Positions 39,001-51,294 of a DNA stretch of 64,000 bases are shown here, piece by piece. This DNA is from Nemertoderma westbladi (Eukaryota; Animalia; Xenacoelomorpha), in the NCBI GenBank assembly GCA_032718475.1, contig JAUCBJ010005230.1:1-64000 (forward strand). Reading direction: 5' to 3'. The notes beneath the pieces are model-generated. The model made no database searches and was not told the origin of the DNA. It saw only the letters and a list, made by a program, of their open reading frames with translations. The stretch's first letter is position 1, and each line of letters starts with the position of its first letter. Position numbers and translations under genes: made by a program.

Positions 39001-40118
39001 ACATGTCTGCTACGTTGAAATCTAAAGCTATTCTAACATGTCTGCTACGTTGAAATCTAACGCTATTCTAACATGTCTGCTACGTTGAAATCTAACGCTA
39101 TTTGCTATTCTAACATGTCTGCTACGTTGAAATCTAACGCTATTCTAACATGTCTGCTACGTTGAAATCTAACGCTATTCTAACATGTCTGCTACGTTGA
39201 AATCTAAAGCTATTCTAACATGTCTGCTACGTTGAAATCTAACGCTATTCTAACATGTCTGCTACGTTGAAATCTAAAGCTATTCTAACATGTCTGCTAC
39301 GTTGAAATCTAACGCTATTCTAACATGTCTGCTACGTTGAAATCTAAAGCTATTCTAACATGTCTGCTACGTTGAAATCTAAACCTATTCTAACATGTCT
39401 GCTACGTTGAAATCTAACGCTATTCTAACATGTCTGCTACGTTGAAATCTAACGCTATTCTAACATGTCTGCTACGTTGAAATCTAACGCTATTCTAACA
39501 TCTCTGCTATGTTGAAATCTAACGCTATTCTAACATGTCTGCTACGTTGAAATCTAAAGCTATTCTAACATGTCTGCTACGTTGAAATCTAAAGCTATTC
39601 TAACATGTCTGCTACGTTGAAATCTAACGCTATTCTAACATGTCTGCTACGTTGAAATCTAACGCTATTCTAACATGTCTGCTACGTTGAAATCTAAAGC
39701 TATTCTAACATGTCTGCTACGTTGAAATCTAACGATATTCTAACATGTCTGCTACGTTGAAGTCTAAAGCTATTCTAACATGTCTGCTACGTTGAATTCT
39801 AACGCTATTCTAACATGTCTGCTACGTTGAAATCTAAAGCTATTCTAACATGTCTGCTACGTTGAAATCTAACGCTATTCTAACATGTCTGTTACGTTGA
39901 AATCTAAAGCTATTCTAACATGTCTGCTACGTTGAAATCTAACGCTATTCTAACATGTCTGCTACGTTGAAATCTAAAGCTATTCTAACATGTCTGCTAC
40001 GTTGAAATCTAAAGCTATTCTAACATGTCTGCTACGTTGAATTCTAACGCTATTCTAACATGTCTGCTACGTTGAAATCTATAGCTATTCTAACATGTCT
40101 GCTATGTTGAAATCTAAT
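33085..40118. repeat. 35-bp tandem satellite (about 200 units, about 7 kb)
   Basis: ctattctaacatgtctgctacgttgaaatctaa(c/a)g; highly homogeneous. Confidence 0.99.
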
Positions 40119-40699
40119 GGTAAATTTGTAAAGCTACAATATTCTAAACTTTGCACGTTTTTCTCTTGGAAATAGAAAAAACATAAAATGATCTTTATTA
40201 ACATAATAATATTATTATAAACAAATTAATACTGTATTAGTTATAAAACGACCTTTAATATTATGTGCCTATGTACAATGAACTATACTGTACAACTAAA
40301 GCACTAATGGGACTCAGACGTAACAGATACTATATATAATATATTTCGTATATCATAAAACTACGTACTGTGTATATTTTGATCCTGTAACAAACTGTTA
40401 AATTCGAAAAAGGTTAAATTCTCGTATTTTTCCTCCGACAAAAAGTAAATCTCAATTATATTAAGGAAAAAAAGTATATTCTGTTTTCCTGAAACTTTTG
40501 AAATATTTCGGTAACAAAGGATGGATAGATTGATTAGGCCTACTTATTTTATTTAAATTGCACATTATGAAGAATATAAATACCCTAAGAATGTAGCAGT
40601 ACGGCATTACAAGTTGCAATATACTATAATTTAATCTTATAATAATATTTTTACTCAAATTTGTTGGAGTTATACAGTACATGCAACATTATCCAGTTG

Positions 40700-41007
40700 C
40701 ATAATAGTCATTACAACTGACCTAAAACGAGCAAAAATTCCGGCTCAATTCTGGGTTTCATAAGGTTTCCAAAATCGAACCTGGAGCCACTCAAACCAAC
40801 ATAAACGCCACATTATAACAAGATTCTCCACCCATGGGTTCCACCACCTACTGTGTATCAACAGCAACTTCCACAATATCTGCGAGAACTGCTTGTGTAA
40901 GCTCTGCGGCCAACCATCGCCAATTTACCACCTCCTCAGCTGCCCCGTGAACTCCAGGTCGCTCGCACACTGGGCGAGTCTGAATCACCGAGGACTAAAT
41001 CTCTGAT
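40700..41007 (+). mobile_element. Degenerate 3' end of a non-LTR retrotransposon (C-terminal CCHC-like knuckle)
   Basis: Reads RHIITRFSTHGFHHLLC..CLCKLCGQPSPIYHLLSCP..*, followed by an AT-rich 3' UTR. Confidence 0.6.
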
Positions 41008-41319
41008 TCTAACATACGCTATAATATTATTTAATTTTCTCAACCTAACTATTCATTTATTTAATTTAATTCTTATTATTTTTTGACGAGTTTTAAGTAG
41101 CGCCCAAATTTGCAACTTTTTACATATTTTATATAGTACTGACAATTAAATTATTTTACTTCCGTTTTTATTACGCCCTGACGATGCCCTTCTGTGTTTT
41201 ATTTATTGTTGCAAATCCTATGCTACTTAGATCAGATCAGATTATCTCCCCTCTTATTGGTGTGCACCACTGTATTATTTTAACCCAACCTTTTTGGTGA
41301 AATTAAATTATAATAATAA

Positions 41320-41580
41320 TTATATGTCGAAATAATTCACAGTCAGCAGATCACATTTAGTAGGCCTACAACATATAATTATCGGTCGAAATAATTCACT
41401 GTCTCATTTAAAACCTCCTATAATTATCGGTTGAAATAATTAAATATCAAGCAAAATAATTCAACAGACAACATGTTTTAAATCAACCTATAATATTAAG
41501 CAAAATAATGCAGTTTTGAAACATTATTTAAATCGATCAATAATACATATCAAGCGAAATAATTAAGTTGAAAAACATTA
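41320..41580 (-). repeat. Inverted copy of 32386-32640
   Basis: Direct reverse-complement match over about 250 bp. Confidence 0.9.
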
Positions 41581-44491
41581 TTTAAAACGACCAATAATAT
41601 CAATCCAAATAATTAAGCATGGCAAAAATCATTTAAAGTGATGAATAATATCACTCGTATTAAATTATTGAATATTAATACTAAATCTACAGTACGCCAT
41701 AGTTGCACAGTGTTTTATGATATTATTGATATTATGGTGGCGCTAAGTATACCAGTATCCATGATCTCTTACTGTACCTAATACTGTATAGAATATTAGA
41801 CCTATAGTACATTGACCTACATTAAGTACGAGATTTACTGAACATTATATTATTGTGCTTCTTATTATTCTACTATGAATCCTAGGCCTACATACTGTAA
41901 GTGACACGACGCCAAGGGTAGCGAGAACTTCCACAACCACTACATATCTACCAAACATGCTCAGCGGAATTATCAATCCGCAGACACAAAATGAATTTAT
42001 TGACGTCCAAAAATTACATGTTGTATATTTTTTTGGTATAAATATGGCGGAATTCTGCCAACAATATTTTCTTACACTCTGAAATTTTGAAATGTTATTC
42101 ATTTCAATTCATTTCCCAAGCAACAGTGACTCATAATGGCTTACATGGAGCGAGTTATATTTGAAAACAAAAATCAGAACGTCCAAAATTTAAATATTTG
42201 AAGAATCGCAAAATACAATGAAAACCTTTGGATTGAAACCTTTGGTAGTGCATGTCCTATAACACAGCCATACAGTATGATTACAGTGGGCCCTACAATG
42301 GAATAGGTCATTAATCAACAGTCAACACCAATTATCTGTGATATTTTACTATGAAAACTGAGTAACTGTATGGACAGCTTCGTAAACCCATTTGTTTGAA
42401 AAATATGGAAAATATATAAAATATATCTTTGTTTTAAGGATCAGTAATACCACCTGTGTTGCTGTTGAGGTTCTCGGTCCAAGACTTTGGCAAAATTAAC
42501 CTAGATATGTCGCCGGGCTATCTTCTATGAAAGTTTTAGCACAAAATTATTGTTTTTGAAAAATTTACGGGGGTTTAGTACGTTCGTTCGTGCTATATTT
42601 TTGGAATCAAATATTTTGTAATAGACAAAGGGTAGCAGTTAAAAATCGGTTCTAGAAGACCCAGATGGCCTGGCCATGTTTTACAAAACCAATACTCATG
42701 ATTGTAGCCCTAAAAGCTGCTGAACATTTTGGTATACGTTAGATGACAATTAAGTAAAAACAAACAAACTAAGAAAAAGGTTGTTTTATACTGAGAATCA
42801 TGAATCATCCATTGATACTGTTGTTGAAAAGTGCTGTCAAAAAATCATTCAATGGTGAAAACCGATGTCACCATACCACATTAAAAAAGCACTTCAATCA
42901 AACTACAGTACATAATAACAGATACAAATTTTTTGAGAACTTTGTAAATTTTGGTCCCCTTAGCAGTAGAAACTGATTAATTGTTCCGGAGCTTTTATAC
43001 TAGTCTTGCTATAAGTTATGATATAAAAAGGTACAATTCTCATTGTGAACCCTGCGCCCTGTCAAAATTACAGTAGAAGCCAATACAGCAGTGTCATGGT
43101 TGAGTACCCCATTCAAGAAAGCCGCCAAGAAATTTCACAAGCAGGCGGCTTATTTAAGTGGTCCGCAAGAGGTCTGATAGTGGGTTTGTTTAACCAGTAT
43201 ACAGTTTTTCCGAAACATTATGATAATCATATTGTATAGCCTATCTCTATATATAGGCCTACTGTATATATATTACAGTATTATTATATACTGTATATTA
43301 TCATATCATACAGCATGCTGGCATGTACCGTACAGTATTATCCGCGCATATGGACGATAACCTGTTTGCTAGTTGCTACCGGTACCGCTACAAGTACCAT
43401 TCAATCGGTCAGACACTCAGACAGACCAATCTGCCAATCACCAATTCTGCATTGACTCCTAGTCAGTCGGCCTAGTTCTGTGGTTCCTTTTCTTGTTTCA
43501 GTGCTGCAGTCCAGTCTGCCAGTGTTCTTGTTCCTAGTTTAGTTACCGGTATACTGGTATAGGCCTACCTGTTAGTAGTTGGTTTGAGATTGCAGTTAGT
43601 TTTGGGTTGGTTGGAGTTGATGAGTTGGACTGTTTGTGAGTCAGTGAGTGGTGATTTTATTTGTCTGTTTGCTGTTGATTAAAACAACCGGACGGTACCG
43701 GGATAGGCTATTGGCTATAGCTACATTCTACACCTGTACTCCTTACAGCCTTCTCTACAATCAGACAATGTGCAGTCGAAGTGGACTAGACGAACCCTGG
43801 GATGGAATTCGTGGGAGGATTGAAGACATCGAAATATGTAAGTTTACAAACTCGGACTGTCAGACTGTGGAAACGGTCCGCCTAAACACTGAAACACCCA
43901 ACAGCCCAAATCACACAAAATTGACCAAATCACAACAAATTACACCAAAACAGCCAAATCTGAAATCACACCAAATCACAACAAATCACGGCTCAATGCA
44001 GTTTCTGGTACCCACACTTTTTCTTACTTGTATTGTTGTAAACCACCTTTCTGCCTTTAGTCAGACTCAGACAGTTACCGGTACGCGGTAGACTGCCATA
44101 CTGCTGTAGGTACTGTCATGCTGTCATGTCATAGGCAGATAGGTCTATCATAAACATTTATTCTTGTTAGGCCTAATATGTTTTGGTTTATTATTTTGGT
44201 TAGGGTTAGTTGGTCAGGCCTCAACCATAATTAAAACTGTCATGTAACCCTAACTGCCTAACCCTACTGCCCTAAGTCCAGAAGTCATACGGTAATCTAA
44301 AACATTTAGCGGAATTTCTGACATTATTGCCATAAGGCACGAAGGGCCGTTAATGGACGTTAACCTTTAACTTTTGGTGAAAACCTGGTATTCTTCACAT
44401 GGCTGCATGGGGTTAACTGCAAAGTGAAATATAACGGCAGAAGGTGGAAGGTCTGGTATTCTTCACATGGGCCGGGTCATGGCACATGGCT

Positions 44492-45024
44492 GCATGGATA
44501 GAGAGTAACAAAAACATAGAAGTTAGGAAAGCAAAGGCTTTGGTAGCTCTATCAAAAATGGATACCATCTGGACATCAGATCTATCCAGGCACCTGAAGG
44601 CTAAGTTCTTTCGAGCCACAGTGGAAAGTGTATTTTTATACGGGGGTGAGACCTGGATACTGACGAAATCACTTGAACAACGAATTGATGGTTGCTACAC
44701 AAGACTACTAAGGGCAGCCCTAAACATCAGCTGGAGACAAGCTCTATACCAACTGTATCAACCACCCTCCGTGGACGCCGATTAAGATTCAGTGGGCACT
44801 GCTGGCGAAGTAAAGACGAGGTCATACCAGACAGCCAGATCTACTTTTCTGGCAACCAACTCATGGAAAGCGTACCCGTGGACGACCGGCCATAACATAT
44901 ATAGACCAACTTGAAAGAGATACTGGACTTTTGGGAGAAACGAAATTGCGACAACTATGGAGAATCGGGAAGCCTGGAAGAATCTCATTTCCACTGTCCG
45001 AGTTCGCTCAATCTAGAAGTAGTA
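44492..45024 (+). mobile_element. RTE-type LINE family 2, 3' fragment
   Basis: Near-identical to 28650-29193; short TAG-like tail. Confidence 0.9.
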
Positions 45025-45356
45025 AGGATAACAACAGTACCTACCTACAACTCTTCCGTGCTGCCTTGTGCGTGTGTGTGTATGCCCGATAGTGGAAAAA
45101 GTGTTTCAATAAGTACTTTATTATTAAAGTACCTATTATAAGCCTATATAATAGTTATATCAAAAATTCACCAAATTACGAAGTAGCGGTACACATTTCT
45201 GACCTCAAACCGATTAGAAACGCAAACCGACTATAAAGTTGCTCTAGTTGGTCAGACGTCAACCCTATGTCTGTCCTTAATAATAAAAGCCAATAATATA
45301 ATAATGCATGCAACCTGTTTGTTTACGGTATTAACCATACAATGTTTTCTCTGCAG

Positions 45357-45498
45357 GTGTTCGTCAGGCCTACGTTACCCTGGTAACGTCTGACTCCTAC
45401 GTTTACGGGGCATTAGTCCTTGCTCACAGCCTCCGGAAGTCTGGAACTAAACGACAGATTGTCTGTTTGATATCTCCACAACTGTCAGACGGTCACAG
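45357..45498 (+). CDS. GYG1: Glycogenin, first recognisable coding exon (upstream start exon not identified)
   Basis: Acceptor ctctgcAG; VRQAYVTLVTSDSYVYGALVLAHSLRKSGTKRQIVCLISPQLS matches the glycogenin N-terminus; donor AG|GTGGGT, phase 2. Confidence 0.92.
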
Positions 45499-46150
45499 GT
45501 GGGTGCTGAATGCGCGTGTTTCATATTTTAAGAACTGTATTAATTAATCTATTAATTATTTGTTCATTGTATTATTTATACAATGAAATATAATTATTTG
45601 TTGTTTTGATTATTTTGATGAATTTGGTACGTCATCAATATTCTCATCAGTAATCTAGCTGATCTCAGCTGGGTGGCTTGGCATCATTGGTTCGCTTTCC
45701 AAAAGTTAAATTTCAGTCTAACAGAATTAAGGTGGTTCAACATGAAAAATAAATAGAAAAATCAATTTTTTTTTTATTATGGATTCTAAACCACAATTTA
45801 ATGGAGATTCCGAATATGTAAGTTATATTCAATGAATGTCACTCTGTCAAAAGTTATGACGTATTTTGTGAAAGTTGTCCGAACATACCCGCCCCTAATA
45901 AAAGTCACCGCCAAGTCTATTTTTTGCTTCATAAGAATTTTGTTGCGAAAGAGACAAATCTATGTTATTTTCCACACTTTACAAAGTAGAGGGAAATTCA
46001 AAGTTGAATTTACAGTCTTTCTTATACATCTGGTAGGCCTATTGCAGCACACTGCGGATTTAGGTTGCTTGAGTTACTTTGAGCTCGGCTGGTATGCTGC
46101 TGTAGGTGTATTAATTTATAATTGTATATGGTGCGCCTAATACCAAGAGA

Positions 46151-48253
46151 ATGCCTCGCAGTACAAGCACATACAAACATAATAAATTTCTCGGTAATCA
46201 ACATGTGAAGAAGCTGGATGACAAACCCGTTGGTAAGTAAGTAAAAGTAGGTAGATGTCCGGTTTGGTAATCATTGAAGGTACAATAGGGCTGCTCTTGA
46301 TCAAGTTAGTTTGTGAATAATGTAGTGTATTGTCTGTATTAGTGGATTTATGACTTTTTTCTTCTTAGATAACAGCCTTATTATTATTATTATTGTCATA
46401 TCCACCAGTAGTTGGATATGACAATAATAATTTGTACCATAAGACCACAAAAACCCTAAAAACACCAAAAAAATAGATGGCCTCAACCTCAATATAAGCT
46501 ATCATACGGGTTATGCTTAGGTAACAGTTTTAGCATATGTTATATTATTTACATATTTACAAGCAAGTACTACTTATTATAATGAGTATTGCCACTTTTT
46601 ATAGATGTTCAAAGTGATGAAAGTGCACCCATCATAGCTGTACCAACAAGTAGTGCTAGCAGATCAAAACTGAGGTATGTGGATCCACCCAATCCCAAAG
46701 ATGAGAATACTCCACCATCAACCTTCCATATCATTCATCTGTCCATACTCAATAAAGCACTAGGTAAATCTGCAATTTGCAAAACTTGCAAACGGAATGA
46801 TAGTATTTCTGTCCACACTGTTCCTTCACCTACCAGTAGTGGATTCTGTGAGACCTTTGAACTTAGATGTAGATATTGCTATCCTCATAGAATTGCCCCT
46901 GAGTCATTTAGTTCATCTAACTATAGCCATTCACATCCAAGGTTGTTTGAGCTTAACTTGCGTATGATGTATGGATTTAGATGTGTTGGACTTGGGCTGG
47001 AGCCTGCCAAAATATTTGCAGCAGTTTCGGGCTTACCTCTTCCACCATCAAATATAATATGTGAAATAAATATAATATATGAAAGTGCAGTGAAGATTGA
47101 ATCATTGAAGTCAATGAAAAGGGCTGCAGGTGAAGCAAAGGATGCTAATGATGGTAGTAGTGATACAGGTGCATCTTTTGACGGGTCGTGGCAAAGGCGA
47201 GGATACAGTTCTCTCAATGGGTTTGTTTCTTGTATAAGTATGGACACAGGGAAGGTGTTGGATGTTGAAATATTGTCGAAGTTCTGTCGAACCTGTTCTA
47301 GGGAAGATAACCCTCTACCACACAAATGTACTAGCAATTACAGTGGGTCAAGTGGAGGAATGGAGGTTGTTGGGGCTCTCAATATCTATAATAGATCCAT
47401 GAATGACAGAGGCCTTGCATATGTTGAGTACCTTGGGGATGGGGATACATCAACCTTTTCCAATGTATAAGAGGCCATACCTTATAAAGGAAAAGAGATA
47501 ACCAAGTTGGAATGTGTAGGACACGTCCAAAAGAGACTCGGTTTACGGCTCCGTACCCTGAAGAAGGATCTTGGAAGGAAGAAACTGGCTGACAAAAAAG
47601 TGATAGGGGGAAGAGGTCGTCTGACTGATGACAAGATTGATAGTCTCCAGCTCTATTATTGTAGAGCCATAAGGTAAAACAACTGCTCTGTTCGGGAAAT
47701 GAAGAAGGCTATATGGGCATCTTTCTTTCATACGTGCTCTACCGACAAGAGTCCAAGCCATCAGTTATGTTCTGATCGATGGTGCAAGTATAAACAGGCA
47801 CAGAAAGAAGGTAAATGTTATGTACACAGAAACCTACTACCACGTGCTGTGACTGATGCCATTAAACCTATCTACAAGGCATTGTCAGAACCGGAATTAT
47901 TATCTAAATGCCTTCATGGTCAGACACAAAATCGGAATGAAGCCCTGAATAATCTCGCTTGGAGTCGATGCCCAAAGAGGGTCTTCATTAGTAAACAAGC
48001 TCTCTCTATTGGCATAAATGATGCAGTTATATGCTTCAATGACGGTTATCAAGGAAGAGTTGGTGTCCTAGACCAACTTGTCAGTAGTTCAAAGAAAACG
48101 GTTAAGGATTTTCAGACATTTGACCGAAATCGAATCCTGCAGGCTGACCGGAAAATATCCAAATTAGAGCGCCAGTCTAGAATTCTACGGCGACAAAGGC
48201 GGAAACGAAAACTTCCTACTGGGCCGAAAACATATGATAGTGGAATGTTCTAG
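46151..48253 (+). pseudogene. Spliced DDE transposase (Kolobok/Mutator-like domain) with two nonsense codons
   Basis: Exon 46151-46232 (MPR..KFLGNQH, GTAAGT donor) is phase-compatible with 46605-48253; motifs DGSWQRRGYSSLNG, GDGD, ECVGHVQKR, TQNRNEALN; TAA at 47468 and 47675 in frame. Confidence 0.85.
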
Positions 48254-48416
48254 ACCACTTTATGTATTTGATATACTCCATGCTCCTTAGTTATATAGTT
48301 GCTGTTTGCCATAAATATAATTGGGTTTTTACATTGTAAAATAATTGTATGATCGAATGAAAATAATTGTATGATCGAATGTATTAAAGTTTACATATTC
48401 ACTGAACTTTAAACAT

Positions 48417-48785
48417 GTTTTTCTGCCGCTTGCATTTGTCGCGTGCAGTTTTCATTCATGTACCTCTTTCTCAAAAACTACTGAAGGTATATGTATGAAA
48501 TTTTGGGACTTTGTACAGAATTTCCAGCTCTTTCTTAATGGCCTCAATGACATAAATTCATCAATGTGGTTGTGCTTGCCTCTGTCTCAAAGTCAAAAAA
48601 TAATTTTTTGAGTTTGAGACATTGGCAAACCCAAACACATTGATGGATTTATGTCATTGAGGCCATTAAGAAAGAGCTGGAAATTCTGTACAAGGTCCCA
48701 AAATTTCATACATCTACCTTCAGTAGTTTTTGAGGAATAGGTACATGAATGAAACTGGCACGCGAGAAATGCAAGCGGCAGAAAA
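48417..48785. repeat. Long palindrome (about 185-bp arms, almost no spacer) inside the Kolobok element
   Basis: ttctgccgcttgcattt..caaaaaa taa ttttttg..aaatgcaagcggcagaa. Confidence 0.95.
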
Positions 48786-49393
48786 TGGCATTTAAATCGC
48801 TAATTTACATTACCGCTAATGAACATTTCATGCTTATATGGGTCTCTGGTGCATGAAATGATTATCCTGATGCCACCAAAACTTGTCCAACACAAATATT
48901 CATCATTTGGAGTTAAAATCTGTAGGAATATTTTTTTTTTAGTTTTTTTCAATTTTTCATGTTGAGCCACCTTAATAAAATTCCACAAATGGTGGTTGTT
49001 TGAAAGAAAGGAAATCTTATGGTGGATTAATTGTAATGCACTTATGTAAATTGAGTTATTTGTTCTTTTCGCAGCACTAAATTTATTAATAGACGTAAGC
49101 CTCAATGACTATGGTCAGTCTAAAACGTCCTAAAGACTAGTTTTTATTTAAAGGCTAGAAATTACGGAACCTATCGATAGATCGATTTTTTGATATGTTG
49201 ATCCCACATAGATATCGGTTGATATATTCATAACAACACTTATTACCAACCAATATCACACACAATTATTCACTATTATATAATCCCTTGCAATGTTAGT
49301 ATAAATCTACAGATATCTGCCTGACTATAACATAACGTCGATTTTGTAGAAACTGTAAGTGGAAAGAAATCTTATATTTTTTGTTTAATAATT

Positions 49394-49631
49394 TAATAAG
49401 TAATTAAACAGGACTAAGGATGATCCAACTCTATAACAAATGGAGCGGAAAAAATGAATTCGCCACCAGCGGGGATTGAACCCGCGTCTCCCGATAAACG
49501 TTCAGGTATGCTAACCACTACACCGCGGATTTTTTCCGCTCCATTTGCTATAGAGTTGGATCATCCTTAGTCCTGTTTAATTACTTATTAATTTATACAA
49601 TCTATGGATGTTAAACACATATACAATAACA
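49394..49631. mobile_element. tRNA-derived short retroelement with 5' foldback and 14-bp TSD
   Basis: TSD tttgtttaataatt (49380-49393, 49632-49645); 62-bp inverted arms; minus-strand tRNA-like core at about 49460-49528 with A box (GGTGTAGTGG) and B box (GGTTCAATCC). Confidence 0.8.
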
Positions 49632-49654
49632 TTTGTTTAATAATTATGTTTGTA

Positions 49655-51294
49655 CTAGAAAGCCCGTGGCCTTCGGCCACGGCTTTCTAGTTCACAAGCT
49701 TCTATACAATCAATCAATCAATGGACAATATCAAACATAAATAAATTAATTAATTAACTTAACAAAACTTTACATACGACTAACAGACTGATCCCGTTTT
49801 AGTTGCAGCTACATACAATAATAAACATAAGGCTTTATGTTGTAGTAGATACCTTCCAAGTAACACCTCCAATGGATTACAAATAATAAAATGTGAAAAG
49901 GTTTAAACTGTGTGTAATATTTTCCCCTTAGTGGAAAACTGTATAACTGCAGAGTAGTGGTTAGCGTCCTCGCAAACATAATCTATAGTGCAGTAGGTCA
50001 CTGCAGCAACTCTATCGTATTAAAATGGAAGGTTTTAATTTCATACATTTCGCCCCCTAGTGGCAGACTGCATAATTATGCACTGGTTAGCGTCCTCCCC
50101 AAACATGACGACTATGGTGTAGTAGTCCTCTGCCAAGTGCCAAGTATCAGCAAAAAAGCATTCATAAACAACAAAATTGTAGGTTTCCTCATTCAGACAT
50201 TTCATCACCTAATAGCGGCAGAATGGGGAACTGTAGATTAGTCATCGTCTCCCCAAGCCCAAATACACACCCTACGGTGTAGTATACTCTGCTTGGTATC
50301 AGCAAAAAACATTATAAACATATTATGTAAAGGACCTAAGTATCAGCTAAAAATCATTAATAACAAAATAGGATAAGATTTTCACTTTCACACATTTCGC
50401 CTCCTAGTGGCAGACTGAAGAACCGCAAACTGGTCGGCGTCCTCCCAACACGCAGCTATGGTCAGGTAGAATTTATTCTGCAAAGTGTCAGCAGAGCGGT
50501 TACGAATTACGATGATGCAATAACTGCTGTTACAATTTCCTGCTTGCTGATCAGTAATTTCTCAGATAACAAAACAACTGCAGAATAATGCAATTTTACC
50601 TCAAAGACGCATTCATGCAAGTATCAAGTAAATGTGTAAAAAATCAGCCTCGAGATAGCCTTTACAATTCATGTTCACGAGCTGAGGATGGTCTGCATTA
50701 TATAGGTGCACGCACATGATAGAGTCAAGATCCAACTTGTAGGATGACGGTCTGACGCCCTGCTAGGCCTACCTCGCTAGCACCCATCCGGTACATTGCA
50801 AAAATGAATAATTGAATCATTTTGTGTTTATGATTATATACAATATGTGAACTGAAAAAATGCTAATCTAAGATTTACTGCTTGTTCTTACCAATGTAAG
50901 TCAAGAACCAATCACAGTAGATCCACTCCGCTCTCCTGCTGGGTCCTATTTATTGAGATTACTACTTAACCAACCCAGCCTGCTGCAGGCCACCTATGAT
51001 TGGTCTGCAAGTAGCTAGCTGCCTTGCTAACTAACTCTCAGCTTTGCCAGGCCTGTACTGCCAAAAGGAATATTCGAATCACTTTGAGATTTTATCACAC
51101 AACATGTTGCAGCGAATACAAAATACGCATTCACGCAAGCATACGCGTAAAATAAGCCTCGAGATAGCGATAGTTTACGTGCTCGGGACGAGAGCTTTCG
51201 ATCGATGTATCATTCGCTCAGATTGGTGCCCGTGTGTCGGAGTGTATAGCTTGGACAGACTCACAGACAGACAGAGGATATTTATATATATAGA
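49655..51294 (-). mobile_element. Non-autonomous Helitron A
   Basis: Minus strand starts TCTATATATATAAA and ends in a GC-rich hairpin plus CTAG followed by T; degenerate ~120-bp internal repeats. Confidence 0.85.

Larger units (their letters stand above)
45731..48971 (+). mobile_element. Kolobok-type DNA transposon in a glycogenin intron
   Basis: TTAA TSD on both sides; TIR ggtggttcaacatgaaaaat / atttttcatgttgagccacc; carries a transposase pseudogene. Confidence 0.85.

Noticed and set aside
33085-40118. CRISPR-like array
   Set aside because: Units are contiguous with no unique spacers, there are no cas genes, and the context is eukaryotic. The same applies to the 31- and 40-bp arrays.
43768-43837. 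Candidate first coding exon of glycogenin (MCSRSG..EI, GTAAGT donor, phase 1)
   Set aside because: Phase-compatible, but it shows no glycogenin similarity and lies among repeat-like sequence also seen at 18-21 kb; needs transcript evidence.
47468-47677. Programmed readthrough of the two transposase TAA codons
   Set aside because: Neighbouring genes use TAA as a normal stop; simple nonsense mutations are sufficient.
49460-49528. Functional tRNA gene
   Set aside because: Poor acceptor stem, no U33, and embedded in a TSD-flanked insertion.
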